From contig OZ223209.1 in assembly GCA_965140415.1 (NCBI GenBank), forward strand, positions 4,864,001 to 4,928,000: a stretch of DNA of 64,000 nt. Direction: 5' to 3'. The DNA comes from Myxococcota bacterium. Lineage in GTDB: Bacteria > Myxococcota_A > SURF-8. Made by a program: the position numbers and the translations under genes. Positions 53,101 to 59,100 of this stretch are shown one piece after another. The notes below the pieces were generated by a model that was not told the origin of the DNA, made no database searches, and worked only from the letters and a program-made list of their open reading frames with translations. The stretch's first letter is position 1. Every line of letters begins with the position of its first letter.

Positions 53101-56100
53101 GTAAGGAGTGCTGTCCAGACCCGAACCGGTGTCCGTTTCGACGTTGCCGGTATAACCCGGATCGGAGCTGGCAGTCCAGGTCCATGTGGGATTGACATCA
53201 TCGGTGTCGGAAAGACCGCCATTGGCCTGCGGGGTACCAGGAGTAGAAGGCGCCGTGCGATCGTGGAAGACCCAGTCTTCCATCTTGTCGGCATTGGCAG
53301 TGGCGTTGCCGCCGCCATCTTTGTACCAGGCAAACACTTTGTGTTTACCTTCAATAGTTAGCCCGCTGCTCGTTTTGAGCGCCTTGGTGGTCGAAGTCGT
53401 CCAGTTTGCATAGGAACCGCCGGTGCAGTTGGTATAGCTGCTGCCGGTACAGGCATCGAGCTTATACTGCTTGGTGTCCCATTGCGGTGAACCGTCCGTA
53501 CCGGAAATGGTCACGGTGGCGGCAGTACCACTGATGTACTTGTTCGAAATGGTAATGCTTCCCGTCGGTGGCCACTCATCGTAATAGATGTCGTCGTCCA
53601 TCGCATTGGAAATATTACCGGCGCTGTCCTTGAACTTGGCGTAAACCTTGTTACTCAAGTTCTTCGGCTTGCCACCATCACTGGTATCCGCAACGATAGT
53701 CCAGTTCTTCGAGAAGGCAAAAGCCTCGAACGTGCTCGGCTCTGCGCTGCCTTCGTTCCAAACCTTCATATGTGTCGTATCGGAACTGGCACGCGTAAAG
53801 TTCAACGTAACCGGCAAATCGCTGGTAAAGGTTGCATCGTTTTCGATCTTGATCGTCGAATCGTTGGGAGCGGTGGTATCGATCGTCACCTCTCCAATCG
53901 ATGATGAAGACGACTGGTGGCAGTACTTGTCGTACGCATACACCTTCATTTCGTAGGTGTGACCATCCGCCAAGGTGGAGGTCTGCGTCCAGGAGTTTGT
54001 GTTGTCTACATCGAAGGGACCATTTGGCCATCCGGTTGCACCCTTTTCACGCCAATAGAGACGGTAAGTGGGGGCAGGAGCACTACCCGGCATACATCTC
54101 TGCTCGGTAGAGCCATCACCTACGCCATTGGCCAGACCGATACCTTCCACGCCCGACTTGTGATCGTGGGAGGCCGCCCAGTTCCAGGTCGGTGTCAGGC
54201 TGTTGCGGGCGGACACAGACGGCGTGCCCGGTGCGGTCGGAGCTTCAGGATCGTAAGTCACGTGCTGCGTAAAGGCTGTCGTGTTGGTGTTGTCCAACAC
54301 ATCTTTGATATATACACACACATAGGATTCCACCGTCACAGCGCCACCATCAATGGGCCAACTCTGCCTGCATCCCACCGTGCCACTGCCGTAATCTGTC
54401 CAGGTTCCGGAGGCATTGACACCCGGGCAACCCGAGTTGCCGTTAGAGACCTGATATTTCATGTTTCCGGCGGCGGTGTGGCTGTCATCCTTGAAGTGCA
54501 GATCCAAACGCACATTCTTGGTCGGCGTAATACTGATTGCCGAAGTGCTTGTGCCGCAGGTCACCGTGGTTTTCTTGATTTCCACTGCATTGGTGGAAGT
54601 GTAACCGCTGGCGACTGTAGGCGCAGTACGGTCAACACGCACGGAACCGTAATTTGAAAGTGCGGAATAGGGATTCAGAATCTGATCCCTGGCGCGAATG
54701 CGGAAATACCATCTTCCATCGGAGAGATCCTGGTTCGGCGCACCCGTCATGGCATTGGGGTAATTCAAAGGAGCGATCGATCTGGCCGCATTGTTGGCAT
54801 TCGTATTCGTACCCCAGCGCAATTGATATCCGGTGTCCGCATGCAGACCGGTACCATCTGGTTCCACACAGACATGCGTTGAAAGGTTACAGTTACCATC
54901 GCAGTACGGGACACCATGATCCTGGCATTCGTAGTATTGATCTCGCGTGGCATTCCACTGAATGGTCGGTCGAGCAGAGTTTGTCCATCCGTTGATGGTG
55001 TTCAGCGCCACAGGAGTGCCGGTAACCGGCATAGGCGACAAGGTATCCAACAGGATGAAGTCATCAGTCGGTGATGCCATGGTATTGCCGAAGGCATCAC
55101 GGCACCACACATACACGTAGTTGTCGCCCTGCGTATTACTCAGCGTATGCGACTTATAGCCAGTATAGCTTTCCCAGGCGGAGCAGGAAGACGAGGAGTT
55201 GCTGATACACATTTCATCCACAGCCGCCACACCGCCACTTAATGTCAGTGTAACCGCAGGATCTTTGGTGCTGGCTGCACCACCATTGATTACCACACTA
55301 CAGTCCGGCGGTGAATTGTCCAGCTCAATGGTCGCATGAGCGGGAACATCGCTTACGTTTCCACCGCCATCACGCAACCAGATCCAGACATGCTTGGTTT
55401 CATCAGAGTCAGTATTGTTGATGTAGAAATCTTCGATCAAATCACCAGAAACCGATCCCCATCCGGTCGCAGACGGTTCACAGTGAACCGTTCCTGCACT
55501 ATTTTCGCATGCCCGGTAGTAGTAAGGAGTCCACTGATCGTTACTGTACACCTCAAGATCAACCGTGCGACTGGTTGTGACTCCTGAATAGTTTCCAATA
55601 ATGCCGAAGCCGGTAATGACCGGTCCTACCGTATCCACCTTGATGCTGTCGTTACAAGAGACGCTGCTATTGAAATTACCCAGGGCATCCTTGACCTGGA
55701 CGTAAGCCTTGTAGGTGCTGTTGTGGGTGAGTCCTCCCAAGGTGAAGTCAACCCAATTGCTGGTGGTCGCCGGGAAGGGGGAGTACCAACTGGTATAACT
55801 TCCTCCATTATTGTTTGAGGTTCTGTACCAACCCAAGCCTGCCGGATCGCTGCTGCTTAGACTAAGCTTGACAGGGGCTTGCATCGTATAGCTGGTATTA
55901 TAGAAAGTGTTCCCATTCACATCCTTGCCTACACCCTCAACCACCACGTTACAAGAAGTCGGTCCTTGATCATCAAAGTAGATGTTGGTCGGATTGGCTG
56001 CGGAAATATTGATATCCGCCGCATTGGGACAACCGTCACTGTCGGCACCGGAGCCGTCCATGGCGAATACGTAGAGAATCTTGTTGCCGTTCGTACAATT

Positions 56101-59100
56101 GGTGGAAGTACCACACAGACTGTGATTGACAGTAGCAGTAGAACCGCTGGTCACGTAAGTCTTCCAGCAGGAATCACTGGATGCAGGTGTACTGCTGTCG
56201 TTTTCCTGGATACAAATCTTCAACCGATTGCTGCTGAAGGTCCATGAATCGCTGGCGACAAAACGCACCTGGATGTCGCGATCATTGGTGTAGGTATTGC
56301 TTCCAACAGTGCTGGTGGGGCTGGCAATGATGCTGGGCTGCGTGGTAAAAGCAGGGCCGGTATCATCCAGGGTAATGGCGTCGGTCACGTAGCCACTACG
56401 ATGGTTACCACCATCTTTGAACCAGGCGTATACGGTGCGGCCTTGATCGCCGGTGGGAAGTCCGTTGCTCCAGGTGATGGTACCCTGTACACTTTCAGTT
56501 ACACTGTCAGGTACGGACAACCAGCCACCCGCCGTCACAGACGGAGTGCTCGAACTCGTCGAGAAGTAAACCTTACGTGGTGTCCAGGTATCCCAAACTT
56601 TTACATTGACATTCACGGTTCGGCTACAAGTTCGTGCCGCGCCGTTATTGACTTGAATCCACTGATTGCTAGGGGGTTGTGTATCGTAGATGATGGTGTC
56701 CATCAAACCGTTACTGACCAACTCACTTTGGGTGTTACCCAAAATGTTACCCGCTTTATCGCGCACGAAAGCGTAAATCGCCTTTTTACCCTCCGGACGC
56801 GAAACCTGCCAGTTGTTGACCAGAATCCGATGGTCGGAATCGGAAGAAGGAATCGTGTAGCGCCAGTCATCCTCCCAACAGTCGGGATCGCCGGTGGGAC
56901 AGTCGGCGGAGCTTTCACGCGGATAGCGGTAAATCTGGAGGTTGTCGAAGCTAACGGCATCGACACCACCTTTGTAACTACTATAAGGATACCACTCGAT
57001 ATAAAGATCGTTAGTTACATCGCTTGAGCTGGTCCCCAAGATAAATGGATTCGATTCGAAGAAACCAGAATCGGGAAGAGAATCGCTAGTACGGCATCTG
57101 AAACCGTTATTAGCGGCGACGTAAGTCGATCCGATATAACCATGTGGCCAGACACTTTTAGCGTTGGTTCTGTTATAAATTCGTAGAGCGTAAGGCTTGT
57201 TATTCGTGTCATTAACGACACATGCATAATCGAACCCACACTTCCACTTCCAGTTGCCAGGCACATAGCGATTTACAGCGGCTCCATCGTTGGCGACGGT
57301 GGGCTTATCCGTGTAAACATTGTAAGCACCATTCCAACTGGTAGAACTACCACCGACGAAACGCTGACGGAACAGGACACTCCAGTCAGAAACATCCCGG
57401 GTTTCTCTTCGGTCAACATTCATCGCGTAGGTGCTAAAACCTGCATCTTTCAGTCTGCGGGTACGATGACGAGGATTGTAAACTTCATCGAAGGCATCCG
57501 CATTGGTGCTGTCTAAGTCCGTTAATGCCCAAGGCGTTTCGAAATCATAGTTGTGAATCCAGTTGTCGGTCACCATGACTTTGACGTCGCCCGTGGGATC
57601 CTGGCCACAGACCTGTAAATCCACCGTGCGGCTACCGGTATGCGAATCACCATCATTACTGCACGCACCGGAGCGACCGTCGCGCCAGATGGAGAGACCA
57701 TCACTGGTGGGATCGACGTTGTCGTAGTAAACCTTTAGCGGCCTGCTGGGGCTATAGCTATTCGCCTCGGCGCAGTTACCCGCATAATCTTTGAAATACA
57801 CATAAAAATTGGTCAGCCCCGAACCGACGGTCTTGCTGTACGTCCAATTTCCGCTGGCCGCACCGCTATTCCAGGTTAGCCAGTTGGCGGAACTGATCGA
57901 ACCGCAGGAGGGATTAGTGTTGGCCATAATGGCAAACTTGATCGGCGTAGAAGTTTCCGCCGTTCCCACATTCAACTGGAACTCAACCGAATTGTTGTGG
58001 ACGTACTTGGTATCGCCAACCAGATAACCGCTGTTGACAGCCGCATAGGTGCCCGAAGGCGGAGTACCATCGATCGTACAGGTGCTGGTCGAACCCCAGG
58101 TGCCGTTACCCGCATTATCATAGGTTCGTACCTGGAAATTAAATGTGCCGGAAGGCATGGTATTGGTAACGGTCGCGTAGCAATACGTTGCGTTGCAACT
58201 GCTATGATTGACCTGGTAAGTCCGATCGAAACCGGGACCCCATACGTGCAGATCGTAGCGATGCGCCTGGCGCAAGCAGGAACACAGGGTGTCGTCATCG
58301 GCGTTGGTGCTTGTGTTGTTATAGGCATCGTTACAAGCCGAACTGCTGGCGCAGTTGTTATCACCGGCGGAATTGGTCCAACGCACGCTAGGTGTTGTAT
58401 CGCTGTTGTACGATCCCGAATAACCCGCACCGGCCTGCGGCGCACCGGAAGCTTTGGGAGCATGGGTATCAACCCAAACGCTCTGCGTCGCCCAGCTGGA
58501 GGAACTTGTATGATACGCAGTCTCTCCCACACAAGTCGAGTTACGCGCTTTCATCTGAATGGTCTGGTGACCATCGCTGACGCGATAATTATTGCTGCTG
58601 CTCGAACTATTGTTATAGCGCTGCGAATGGTTCAGTGGATCTTGCCCAAGTCCGGAAAGAACGGTCGTTTTCCAGTTGTTACTGTCTACCCATGTTGCGC
58701 GAACCTGGTACTCCACAATCGGAGAAAAGTCAGCGGCTTTGAAGGTGAAGGTATGGTCGGACGTATTATTCCAGACAGCTCCCAGGCTACGGTTGGAAGT
58801 AATCGCATGTCCCCAGGGGGGGTAGCCGTCCCTGCGGTAAGTATGTGAGAACGTATCTGCATTACCAGCATGATCAGTAACGGTACAAATGAGATCCCAG
58901 GGATCTTTACCATCATTGCCGGTAGGATCATTTGACCCGCTTGGATGGGACATGGTGATAGAGGTGGCAGTAACCGATTTTGGCAGAACGGTATGAGTAT
59001 AACCCACCTTGCGCCAGTAACAATAAATGGTTTTCACTCCACTTGGTGTATCGTGAGGAGTAATGGTATAGGTCGGTGCAGAATTGAACCAGCAATCACT

